DNA of 64,000 nt, from the NCBI GenBank assembly GCA_965112155.1, contig OZ218103.1, one strand, 5' to 3'. The notes below the pieces were generated by a model. The model was given only the letters and a program-made list of their open reading frames with translations, had not been told where the DNA came from and did not search any database. The translations under genes were made by a program, and so were the position numbers. Source of the DNA: Podarcis liolepis (taxonomy: Eukaryota). Below, piece after piece: positions 11,809 to 23,965 of this stretch. Positions within the stretch are counted from its first letter, which is position 1. The number at the start of each line of letters is the position of its first letter.

Positions 11809-14724
11809 GGTAATGAATGCCAAGAAAGAGTATCTGAGGGTGGGCTGGAACAGCCACTGTCTCAACAGCTAAGTAAAATGAATATATGCATGGCACCTTG
11901 TTGTTGAAGGGTTGGTAGCTTCTTACTTAATGAAGGCTGCCTTTTGCAGAAGGGGATGTTGTGCACAAAGTGTGATATGAAAAGGAAACATTTGGGGGGG
12001 AGAGGCGAGGGCAGCCATAATAGGAAGAGATGCTACCAATGTAGGAAATTCATATATTCAAGGATAAAGGCATTTTCACTTGCAGATACCATGAAAGCAT
12101 GCCCTAAAATACTTAGGAGCATTAAATTGATCTTCCAAATTGATGGAAGGTATGCCAATCAGCTTACAAGTCTGAAGCTTTACTGCATTGGAGTTAGGAA
12201 AGAAATGCAGTCCTAGCATGGCTTGAGGTTTTTATTTTATTTTTTTGTTTACCAAGCCTCAGGTTGACACGAGAAAACTACAGCTCCAGTGCTGTCTTCA
12301 GATTGTATTAATCGGAAACATGTGCAAGACCTGGCGGCTCTTCAAAGAGCTTGGGAACTCTGACACAGGCTTGTTCTCCAGATTCTTGTACTAAGCGGAG
12401 GACCCACATGTGTAGGGCACACAGCCTATTCAGACTGCTTCCAGTTCCACCTACTCTTCAGATTCTTTCCAGGGAGAAAGATAGCTGCCAATCAAGTTCA
12501 TCTGCAGAAGATGTCTGTTAAAATCACCAGCCATCCTTTCTTGCCCAGCTGAACTCTTAACCAAATATTTCCAACGTTATAAAATCCTACTTTAAAAAGA
12601 AATGAGATGTACTCTTATGCCTGCACCCATGGCAGTGAGATAGAGACTGTTTCTGCAGTACATCTGCATTAAATCATGAACTTCAGAGGAAGCTGAAAAT
12701 ATAAAACAGTTGCATCTTTTAGATATCCTCGCATTCCCTGTTGGAATCCCAAATCCCAAATTTAACTCTTTGGTATGAACCTCGTCACCATTTTGCTCTC
12801 AGCCAATGAGAAAGACAACATAAATAAATGTAACAGTACAGCAATACCTTGTACTGGGCCAGCCTCTTTCAATGATACAAATGTTTGGGTTGCAGAAGAT
12901 TATCCTTTGAGAAGAATTAAAAGGTAGCAAGTGTTGTTTGCAAATAGTGTGCTCCTAACTAGGTAGAAAGTTTGGCCTGAACACAAAGATTTCACACAAT
13001 AGTAGCAGGTAATGGGTAGATTGTTGCAGACTTGTCATAATAAGTCTGAAAGTCAAGACTTACATTCAACCCAATGTTCTTTGCATTTAAGAAAGTCATA
13101 AATTTTAATTTCCAGACAGGTGAATTAGTACTTGCAGATAAGCCCTGGGGTCACAGGTGAACTAGCTAGCAAGGAAAAAGAATAAGAAGTGATATGGTTT
13201 TGTACTAAATTTCCAAACTTCTGGCACAAGCTAGACCATATTCTGTATTTGGAATGATGCTCATGGACAGATTTTGCATAAAATCACTCCACTCACACAT
13301 CTTAGCCTATTTGCCAGAAGGCAAAAGTTAAATGGATACAAAGTGAGTAGTGCTGCAGATCTGACACTTCTTAGCTGCCATTTAGTCAATCTAAGCCACA
13401 TTCGTGTGTGGACAGGGTTTAGCATACATGCACAGCAAAGCTGTGAATGACTCCTGCGGTGCGTTGACCATGTGGAACAGTATCTGTCCATGCCAAGAGG
13501 AAAAGTGGGGAAACTCAGAATGAGAAATGTGTGGGGAGGATTCATGCTATGTCATCTGGGTTGTTGTTGCTTTCCAGACTGGAGATGATGTAACTCAGCA
13601 ATTGCAAAAACTACTGAGATTTCCCTGCAAGTATGTGTGGGGAAAGCTAGATGCAAGACAGGACTGCAGATGAGTAAAAAAATAAATAAATCGGACCTCA
13701 GGAAGAGAATATGGAGCTGTGCGGTCCCCGAAGCATGCCTGAGAAAATTTACTTCCAGATTCCTCCAGTGAAATCAATTGGAGGAAAGTTCAGGACAGCC
13801 CAAAGGAAGTACTTTGTGACACAGGGCACAATTAATTTATAGCACTCACTGCCACCAGGTGAGGTAACAGCCACTCCTTCAGATGGCTTGGAGAGGGGGT
13901 TACAGAAATTAATGGAGGATTTTGCTGGTGGTTTAATTCTTTTATTCTTTTCATAAAGTGCTTTTAGGTTTAACTTTGTTTTGTTTTTACAAACACTTGG
14001 TATATGAATTTTGTGAAATAAATAAAATGAGACTATGGCTAAAAACCCCTCTACGTACAAGTTGCAGGGGAGCAACAACAGGAGTGAGCAATTGTCTTTT
14101 GCCCTGCTTATGAGCTTCGAGAACACATCTCATTGGCCACTGTAGGAAACAGGGTGCTAAATTATATGGATTTTTAGTCTGTTCTAGGAGCTCTTGTGTT
14201 CTCTATAGAAACTTGCACTGAATTTCATAAATAGCCCAGAGTTTGAATACCTGAATAATTAATTTGATTTTGAATTTATGTAAATTCCATATGTTGCTTC
14301 AGAATGCTCACATGATATGTGTGTGTGTGCGGTTGTTGTTGTTTTTTAATTTTTACCTTTTTATGTTACCTATTTATTTTATAAAGGGCTAAAACAACAA
14401 TCAGGAATTTTAACCAAAACCTGCTTAAGAAAATCAAGTCACACTAGTTGTGTCCTGTAAACCACTCAAAGTGTTATTTTTTATGGTGGTTGTGTGTTTA
14501 ACTCTTCTGATAATGATGAGAGACAGGACTGAGAAGTAATGACTTTCTCAGTGCTGCCCAGCAAACTTCATAGCTGAGGAGGTCTGAACCTGAACTTCCC
14601 ATACACAAGCTTAACACAACACTGCAGATGCCAAGATTATCTATAAGAGGTGGGGGGATTTTAAAATCAACTTAAACTTCTTCGAAAATGACAAAAATTG
14701 AAATATAGGCACATGAGTGGGGGG

Positions 14725-15202
14725 TGTCAGGAGTCCAGGTTCCCAGCTTGATAACACAGTAGGCGCAGGTAATTAAAAAGAAGGATTTATTGCAAAAACA
14801 AACAGCTCTGGGTGGCTCTGACAAAACCTCCGGCATCATTACTCAAGATGACCCTTCTGAAGACTCCTTCTCCGTCTACAGAAGATATTACATCTCTTGT
14901 TTTGCTTCCTATCTAGCAGCCCTCCCATTCGCTGACTCTTCGGACTTAGTGGATCAGCTCCAACATCTTCCTGTTCTGAGAGGCTGAGTCTGTTTGTGAC
15001 TATTTGTGCTTCCTGTGAGTTTTAGCCATGTTCTAGCCTGCTCTCAGCTACTGCCTGATCAGCCTGCCCGTCAAGGTCAGGAAGCGCCGAAGTCTGCAGA
15101 TTCCAGCTCTCCCCTGCCTGACTAACCTCTAAGCCTCTCTGTTCCTGGCTGCTTTCTACAGTTGGCTGCAAACCTTCGCTTGGAGCTGGCTCATTCCTGA
15201 CA
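14725..15202 (-). mobile_element. Solo LTR (Gypsy/ERV-like), 478 bp
   Basis: Ends TGTCAGGA...TCCTGACA (TG..CA with an 8-bp inverted repeat). 4-bp TSD gggg on both sides. AATAAA on the minus strand (tttatt at 14786-14791) ~60 nt from the LTR 3' end. Confidence 0.75.
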
Positions 15203-15778
15203 GGGGACAACAGAGATGAGTGTACCAGCTCAGGGCGGCCCCCACATGCAAAAGACAGTGTCCAGCTAACTCATTACACTTTCAGAATGGAACTTCCTCC
15301 CTTTCTTTTCCCCTTGCACCCCCAAATATGTTATTGGGGTTTCTCCAGTCCTCCGGAAGAGATTTGGGTAGGGTACAGGGCAAGGAAGTAAAGTTCCATC
15401 AGCAGACATGTTGCACTGACAGAATGAGTTGGTTGTATTCTGTCCACACATGCCATTTTCATCACCTTCCATTCACGGAAGATTACTGTCTGCACAGTGC
15501 AGGGGGAGCCTTTTGTATCCATGGAGCCGCTCCTTGCATTTTGGAATGCCAATGTGGGATACAGAAGGTTCCCCACTGCAGGGAGAGTCACATTCAACAA
15601 GCTGAAGGGTGACAAATATGGTGATAGGAGGGCAGAGCTCATCCCCACTGCCGCTCCTCTTCATTGCATTGAGGCGGTTGCAGCCTCAGCTGAACCAAGA
15701 AGACACCTCTAACTGACTCTCCTCTTGATTCCCAGCCTGTACCTGCAGCCCCATTTCCCCCAAGGTTATAAATTAACT

Positions 15779-15987
15779 TTAATTAAGAAGGCTGATCGCC
15801 GAAGAACTGATGCTTTTGAATTATGGTGCTGGAGGAGACTCTTGAGAGCCCCATGGACTGCAAGAAGATCAAAGATCATGAGTTTGACCAAACTGTGGGA
15901 GGCAGTGAAAGACAGAAGTGCCTGGCGTGCTCTAGTCCATGGAGTCACGAAGAGTCGGACACGACTAAACGACTAAACAACAACAAC
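15779..15987 (+). mobile_element. RTE-BovB LINE 3' end with an internal deletion
   Basis: Encodes DAFELWCWRRLLRAPWTARRS and LWEAVKDRSAWRALVHGVTKSRTRLND. (CAA)n tail. 11-bp TSD ataaattaact (15768-15778 / 15988-15998). Confidence 0.95.
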
Positions 15988-18900
15988 ATAAATTAACTGG
16001 CTGTTGGGTTTGAGATACTGGATCCATCTGGATATGGATTGCTCAACAAAGTGTTTCCATCAGAACATTTGGTTCACCAGTGAACTTTGCTACTGAACAA
16101 GGGCACTTGGGTTTATAAGACCTCAACCACAGCCTTCCTTCTCCCCACTGCAGACCACATCCTCCCTATTCTGGGCTCAGTCATAAAATAATTAGTCCTT
16201 TTTGAAGCCACATTTAAGAGAATTTCCTAGGATGTGTTCGTTTTGAGGAGAGAAGCAGCAGCCAAAGGGGTGATTATCTAGAGCAATTTGTTGTGTAAGA
16301 TTCTCTTTCATGACATCTGCACACTGGTTATTGCAAACCTTTGTGAGAATCAGATGTTTTGATCTTTACTAAAGAAGACCAACTTTCAAGTAAAGTTTTG
16401 AGAAGGTTCTGGGAGGACTAAAAGGAAAAGAAATGGGTCTAACCAGGCATCATAAAGGGAGAAGGAAATGTAGATATTAAAGGGATGGAGCTAAAGCAAG
16501 TCCCACAAAAACCTCAAATGACCCCAGGCAAAAAAAAAAAGGCTACATTTATGCAGAGAGGGGCAAATATCAGCTCCATTGCAGCGAAGCATAGGCAAAA
16601 TCATTCTACATTTGAGTAGTTATCTGTGTACTTGTTTCTTCACATGTCTGCTAACTGCAAATAGTTTATTTTGCTTAGCAAAGAATCTAGACCTAAACCT
16701 ACAGTCCAAGCCTTGAATTGAATTGTGTAGAGGTAAGTCGAGACATATGTCTTTCTAAAATTTGGCATAAGTGATCAGTGTTTCCTACACACAAATACCC
16801 CCAATATTTGTAGCTTCAATTTTTACACACCGTTTACCTTTGCATGTAATATTTGTACAATTGCATTTGTTGTATTATTTCCGATTTAAATCACTGCAAT
16901 GCCTGTCTAAGGTTGGAACTAGATGTTCTCTTGGCAAATGTGTTCCAAAACAAACATTTGCCAAGATAACATGAATGCGAAGGAGGCACTTTGAAGGAAA
17001 GATCTATGCACTAGCTGTGCACAGGGTGAGAGGCACTTAACCTAAGCAATTACCTCTCCATGGGCACTTCCTTCCTCTCTCTACCACCTACCCCACCCCA
17101 CCAGCAGACTTGCTTCTGGTTTCAGAGGCTGGCTGTGGAAGAAACAAATTTAACATTGGGGGGCAGAACTGAGGAATAGAGGTTAAGCACCAACCTCCAA
17201 CACACTAATTTTCTACAAATGCACCCCAACCCCTGCATTATGAAGGTAAAAAAGGCTTGGGGACACAGATTTTAGTTCCGCCCTGACCAGGTTCTCTGAA
17301 GAATGTGGGATTTAGTTCTCACTATCAGGGTATTGTTAGCAAAGCTCAATGCAGGACCCCATGCAGAGTCTGAAAATGAATATTTAGTGGGTGGGGAATC
17401 CAGTACAGTAGACATCCTATCCTAAGCTCTTCTCCAATGGCACATGTATTGCATTAGGGAAGTGTTTGTTTGAAATGTTCAGATCTCAAGTTCGGATAGT
17501 GGGTATAACTAAATACAAAACCAGGAACATTGTGCAGGCTTGTGAGACTTTCAGCAGAGCTTCAGGCCCAAGAACAAACAATTAATGGATTGAGAGGAGG
17601 CACAATTATAATAGTTTAATCAGCCATGGATTAACATCTTGCTCCTGAAACGTTGAGTGAGGTGTGCAGCTCCAGGTGAGTTCAAATGAAATACCAAAAA
17701 ATTGAGCATGTTTTAAATAGCTATTACCCAACCTGCTTCTCCTTACTTAAGCTCCTAACAATAGCTGTTTTAATGGTAGGCATTTGTGCATTTTAGTTAG
17801 TGTGTTTTTACTAATTTTTAGTTTCTTATTCAGATAGTTACTCTCCCATCTACCTATCCAGCTTTCACAATAAAGCAGGTTTCAAAACCGCTGCCTGGAT
17901 TCTTGTGGCCAATGAAGATTTGCCCATCTTGTGCTTTGCTACCTCCAGATGCCAAAGTCCTCCTTGTGAATACACAAACAATGTACAAACAATGTATGTG
18001 CCCTTTGGTACAGAGTGTTTCAACTCCTGAATCGCTGTCATTCGTGACTCCCCAACTTCTCCCTGTCAGGGCTGAATGTTGCAACACACTTTTGAGGGTT
18101 GAATCTTTCAGTTCCTCATTGGCCTATACCTCAGTGGCTCCCACAAAGGTTGTGTCAAAATTGCAGAGAAGAGGCAACTGAACTTAAAATTTCAGACAAT
18201 TTGGATTCCAGCCACAAAGGGTGCAACCTCATCCTTTGTGGTGGTGATGATTTGCTGATATGTCCTGTTTTTGTTAAGAGTGATGCTTATTCTTGAACCA
18301 GTTTGGGATTTTGATGATTGGCAAAGCAGAGGCAGGAAACTTTGCTCCAGATTTTTATTTCACAATATCAGAGGGTGATGCTGGAGATGCAACAGTTTAC
18401 ACTGTAATTCAACAAGGGGGTAAACTTCTAAATTTGAAAAACACATAATATTGCTGATTTCTCCATCTTTTCCCTCCATGTTTTCTCTGTACACAGAACA
18501 GAGCAAGCTATGTGGCAGTGATAGCTTTCTTTTTCCCCCTTGCTGTTTAAGATGCACAAAACAAGTATTAGTACTACTAAGCCATATTATTGGAAGCGCT
18601 CCTAAAATAAATAGCAGCGACAAGTTGGGTTGATTTGAGCTTCTATTGACCCTAGAGTGCCACATGTTCCATGTTCCCATCAAACTGTTTTTCTAGTACC
18701 AAAAATTCATGATACAACAGCCAGGTGCTAATACCCCACCAGCGGACCAAAATGGAAACTTTTCATCCTAAATTTGTCCCCCTCCCAATACAAGCTGAGT
18801 TTGCTTTAACAGACTTCTTTATTTTATTTTTGTGTGCTGAGCGATGCCGCTGTTGGCAAATATAATCTCCAGTCCTTTTCCCCCTTTCGTTTTTGTTTAA

Positions 18901-19669
18901 CAGCAACAGCTTAAAGTTCAAAAGCCGTCTCCCTGACTCGTTGCTGCCAAAGACAAATACAGTTTTGTTAGAAATGAAAATACCTGAAGGAGGAGACTTG
19001 TTTGCTTCTGAGGCAAGAGTCCAAAGGCAAAAAGAAGCATCTTTACATGCAATGGCCTTCTGGAAAAAAGCAAGCCCTATGTCAGAAACCAGGCTGAGGA
19101 GTACCCTATGATACCACTTTAAACAGTCATGGCTTCTGGAGACTGAGTCTATAGTCTGAGTCTATAGTCTGGAGACTGAGTCTATAGACATCCCGAAGAA
19201 CTATGTTTCTAAGGTTCCTTGTGGCTGGGACACTATCACTGTCCCACCCATGGTAGAGGTTGAAATGGGGTGATCGGTGGGGGAAGGGAATCAGGGGAGA
19301 CTGTGGACCCAGAGAATCCTAAGCCCCCCTGTTCCACAAGTTCCTACAAAACTATGCTAGCCCTAGAGCTGTCCAAGTTTAATTTCCTTCCTACTGCAGT
19401 CAAATGAAGATTTAAAATAACAACAGCAACAACACCATGAGAAAGAAGAAGAAGCTGCTCCTGTTCTTCTGCTCTGGCCAACACAAGCTACCAGGGCTTG
19501 GAAGTGGCAGCTTCTCCACCATGGAATCTCCCACCCTTTGGATTGTTATGGCCCTTATTTATAATGTTTTGACTTCACCGTATCACTTGATGGCTTTCAA
19601 TGTGTTTAGCAATAACAAAATTTAGAAAAAAATAAGAAAGCTGTGAAGGCAACAAATAGAACACTGAAG

Positions 19670-19803
19670 CAGGGCTCAGGAACCTGTGGCCCTTCAGATG
19701 TTGGACTACATATCCCATCATCCTTAATTGCTGACCCTGCTGCCTGTGGATGATGAGGTTTGGAGTCCAACAACATCCAAGGAACAACAGGTCTCCCAGC
19801 CCT
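19670..19803. mobile_element. Degenerate palindromic hAT-type MITE (family of 6409-6544)
   Basis: aacctgtggcccttcagatgttggactacatatcccatca...gatgatgaggtttggagtccaacaacatc...caggtctcccagccct. Confidence 0.7.
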
Positions 19804-20919
19804 CCAATAAAGTCAACAACTAACCCAAGTAAACTATCAATCAGCTGCAAAAAAGTGAAGTTAAAAGGTTCCCTGACAATATGAAAAGCCTTCATTATTC
19901 CAAGCTCACAGAAAGGTCAGGAAAGCAGAATAACTCTACATCACTGATAGTGAAGAGAAGGCATGTGCGAATCATTGTCAATGGCCAGATGATAAGATTA
20001 TACCAAAAATTATCACAATGTGTACTTAAGGCAGCTTCAGAGTAGTATTTCAATGTAGCTCCTCATAGACCCAAAGCAAATGACTTTCTCCCAGCACTTG
20101 GGGTTAACAGAGAAAGCGGAAGTAACAATCAAAGCCTCTTCAAAATAGGTCAGGCATAGCCAAGGCAAGTCTAGGCAACCAAAACATGTCTCTCTAAGCA
20201 GGTCAGGACCTTGGGCAGCTCCTAGTGGGCCCTGCTGGCTGAGCTATAGAGGATGTCTCAGCCAAGAGAGCTGAGGCTTTACGTAGGCTGGCAAGGCCTC
20301 TACTGCTGTTGGCACAGACTCCTTGAAGAGCTGAGCTCTTGTTCAATTGTGCCAGTGCTGACTTCTATTCTTTGGAAGCACTTGTTGTTCTCCAAGTCTG
20401 GGGAAAGCAGGAAAGCTATGCCCTTAGGGCACAGGGAGAGGCACTGAGCCTTCCGCCCCAGTAAGTGGATCTGCCAGTATTTCATCCATGAGAGGCCAGG
20501 TTCTGGGTGGCAATTATGTCATCCTGGCTCTCTGGGATCTCTCCTGGAGGCATTTCAGAAGACTGGCCTCCAGTGGAATGGAGCTTCAAGAACAGAATAA
20601 GGGGAGGGGGGGAACTCACTTGCAGCAGCATGATATACCTGTGTGGGTAACAGATGGCAAAACAAAGGGTACCTCTTCCATCTGGCCTAGCCCAATTCTC
20701 TGTGAATAGATATTACAGCTGGGACCAGGTGGCTCTGCTGCCCTCCATAAACACAAATTATGGAGAAGAGGGAGGAGGCCTCACCTGGAGGCAAGATGCC
20801 TGACAGCACTCAGGGTAATAGTGGTAAAGCTAACAAGGCAAAAATGTTTTACATATGTATGGTCAGGACCAGATTAGAAGTCTGAGGGGATTATGGCAGA
20901 GAGGATGGAAGGTCTAAAT

Positions 20920-21043
20920 CAGGCTTCCTGAACCTCGGGCCTCCAGATGTTTTTGGCCTACAACTCCCATGATCCCTAGCTAGTCAGGGATGATGGGAAT
21001 TGTAGTCTCAAAACATCTGGAGGGCCGAGGTTGAGGAAGCCTG
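20920..21043. mobile_element. Palindromic hAT-type MITE
   Basis: TIRs caggcttcctgaacctcgg / ccgaggttgaggaagcctg. Perfect 8-bp TSD gtctaaat (20912-20919 / 21044-21051). Core nearly identical to 6409-6544. Confidence 0.93.
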
Positions 21044-21511
21044 GTCTAAATTGTATGCACTTCATATTACAATAAAGAATTGAATAAATAGAAGTAATCA
21101 AACAAGTTATAAAAAGAACACCACGTGCGTTTAAATCAAGCCCAAAACCTTCAAATATCATTCACTACATGCATTTCTTCAAACCATTTTTTTCTTTTCC
21201 TGGCTTCAGCAAAGTCAGAAATGATATCATTCCTCCAAGGGGATCAACGTAGCATGCAGACATACATGCATCTATTATTTTTTTCTGACTTCCTCACGAC
21301 AACCTCCTGGGGAAGATAAGGCTGAGAGAGCCGGACTGGCGCAAGGTCACTCAGAGAGCTTTGTGGCTGAGCTGGGAAGTTTAAAGGCCTAAAAAATGGG
21401 AGCCTAATTGTTAATCCAGCCCTGCATAACATGTGTGTTCAGATAGAGGCCAAATTTACACCAAACATTTAAAGCACTTCTTATTTATTACTTGCACTGT
21501 TTCTAACCCGC

Positions 21512-21640
21512 CAGGGATGCCAACTTGAATGAAAATATTGTGGGGGGCCTAGGTAAGCGCCACCCCACATAATCAATCATATGATACAGTGCACAATATT
21601 TTATTGTGGGGGCTGAAGCCCCTGCGAGTTGGCTCCTATG
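21512..21640. mobile_element. Small hAT-type MITE
   Basis: Imperfect TIRs cagggatgccaact / agttggctcctatg. 8-bp flanks taacccgc / taacccat. Confidence 0.65.
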
Positions 21641-23789
21641 TAACCCATTCTTTGTTGTTTACACTATCCCAGTGAGAGGAACAACATCAAAATACAACTA
21701 AACAGTATTTAATTTAAATACAATATATGTAAAACTGAACAAAAAGGTATACTAACATCATAAAAGTATACTAACTAAAAAGTAAACATCAAAACTATGT
21801 CAGGCAAGTGGGGAGCACCGCTTGAGCATCATAGTGCTATGCAAATCTGTGTCTTCTTTTATCCTTTGTGTGTGTGTTGTATTTTGTCTTTGGGATGGCA
21901 ATGTATAGGTGGCTATCCTAAACAAAAGGCAAGTGGAAGGACCTGTCCCTGAGGGGAAATCCCACAGATGAGTAACTGGACATGCAACGGAGTGAGTTGT
22001 GCACACATACAGTGAGCTTGAGCAGTCGGGCAGATGTAGTCAAGAAAAAGCTGCTTGTCACTCAAGCGAAGTACAGGCTTGAGCTGAAAGCCTTCAGAAC
22101 CCTACCAGATCTGGAGAAAGCAGTGGAGTGCCTGGGCCTTTCTGAGTCAGGCTGTGTCACTGCATCATAATCCATGGAACCTTCAGAGCTGTTTAGCCCT
22201 GGGCAGCTCACCACATGGGGTGCAGAAAGGAAGGATCTGAAGTCTCCGAACTCTAGCCCTGTTGGCTCCTGACATCAAGGGCCTGGTAAAGTTGAAATAA
22301 GAGACACTTAAAATTCTAATATCTTGGGATTGCTTTTATATGACCAACATTAAGAAGGAAAACAGACTTAATCCCTCTCTTTGGTTTGCTTGCATCACTG
22401 GGGTGAGCTGCCTCTGCAGCAACAAGTGTTTGTTTTTGATTAAGGCAGAAACAAAGAAAAAAGACAGTTTCCAAGGGAAACAGCTTACTTTCTTCCATTC
22501 CAAAATAATTTAATTAGTGGTCTGATTTCCTCCACTGAGCATTGCATTTTTTGAAGAAAGAGGGGGAAAACCTTCATTGTGACTGGTATAGCTCAAAGGC
22601 ATAAAGTGCTATATAATGTTTAACAAGTTCTTTGTAAAAATCCACTGCCATTCCCACCTATCAACAGGATGCTGTTTATATATAAATCATCCCTCCTTGT
22701 GGGCTCTTGCTAGATAATTTTCAACAGCAGAAATGCAAGTGAACACAGGCCTGCACTTCATTAATCACACACAACTTTCCTCAAGGTACAGCACAAGGGC
22801 TCAACAGATTGTATCTACTTAAGAAGCAGACATTAGCTCAAGACTGCCCTACCATTAGACAGAGTGAGGCATTCACCTCAGGTGGTAGATGTTGCGGGGT
22901 AGAGATGCAGCCTCGCACCGTTCCTTCTGAAACATTTAACTTGATTCGCCCTGCAGCCCATAAGCTGGCCTGCTGCCCCCAGGTGTGATATGCTGGTCCT
23001 GTCACCAGCATTGAATTAAAACCCAAATGCCAGTCTGTGGAATGTGAGGGTGGCATCATGTCATTTGCCTCAGGCAGCAAAATGCCATGGATCACCCCTG
23101 CAGCAGCAGCTTCCTAGTAGCATCATTTGTGAGCAAAAATATAAAAAGTAAGCAATGTCTTAACAAAAGGTGGCATATTGTGCAGATACTATGTTTCTTG
23201 CACAGAATCCTAGGCACTGAAGACAAAGGATTATTACGCAAATTATTATTATTTTCATTCTTTTTCATGGTTAGGAAGTCTTTGTTGACAATATGATTAA
23301 AGCTAGCTGGTTGTAACTGGGTTTATATTAGAAGAAATATTTCACTAGTTGTTATTTTTGGATGTGTATAATATTTGAAGACTTTGAATGATTTCTTCTT
23401 GCTGTTGTTCAGTAGCACAACCAGACACATTCATCTGTTCCAGATGCAACAAAACATGTCTCTCCCACATCAGTCTACAGCCACAGCAGGCTCTGCAACC
23501 TTCCAACAGCTAGACCTCGTCCCCAAAGGCACCTCTTCCATTGTCTTCTGAGACAGATGGATGCCAGCTTTGTTGTTGTTCTTTATGCTGAATTGACCAT
23601 TCTTCATATGACTTTTATTTCTAGTAGTGCCAGCTCCAGGTATTGGAGGGTCATTGTACAAGACCCTCTCCATGAGCCTCCCTCTCTCTAAGTACATGAT
23701 TGGCAGAGAGCCAGTGAGCATTCAGGCAGAATAATCTACTCCTTTTCCTTGTCAACACCACTATTGCCAGGACGAGAGCAATAGGAGAA

Positions 23790-23965
23790 GGAACAATGCA
23801 GTCGCAGGCAGGAATGCTGCCAAATACCAGTTGCTGGAAATTGCAGGATGGTAGTGTGCTTTTGAGCTCAGGCCCTGCTTGCAAGTTTTCCACAGGCATC
23901 TGGTTGGCCACTGTGAGAACAGGACACTGGACTAGATGAGCTGTTGGCCTGATGTTCAGCAAGCA
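23790..23965 (+). mobile_element. Old CR1-derived 3' UTR fragment
   Basis: ccacaggcatctggttggccactgtgagaacaggacactggactagatg...ggcctgat..cagca. Related fragments at ~14100-14200, ~26450-26535 and ~33218-33280 (reverse). Confidence 0.6.

Noticed and set aside
19976-20805. Possible degenerate LTR ending atgcctgaca; similar LTR-like composition at ~53240-53550 and ~58670-59163
   Set aside because: Boundaries and TSDs could not be established.
21798-22274. Possible solo LTR (TGTCAGG...CCTGACA, 477 bp)
   Set aside because: The ends fit, but there is no TSD (acta vs tcaa) and no clear poly(A) signal. Left uncalled.
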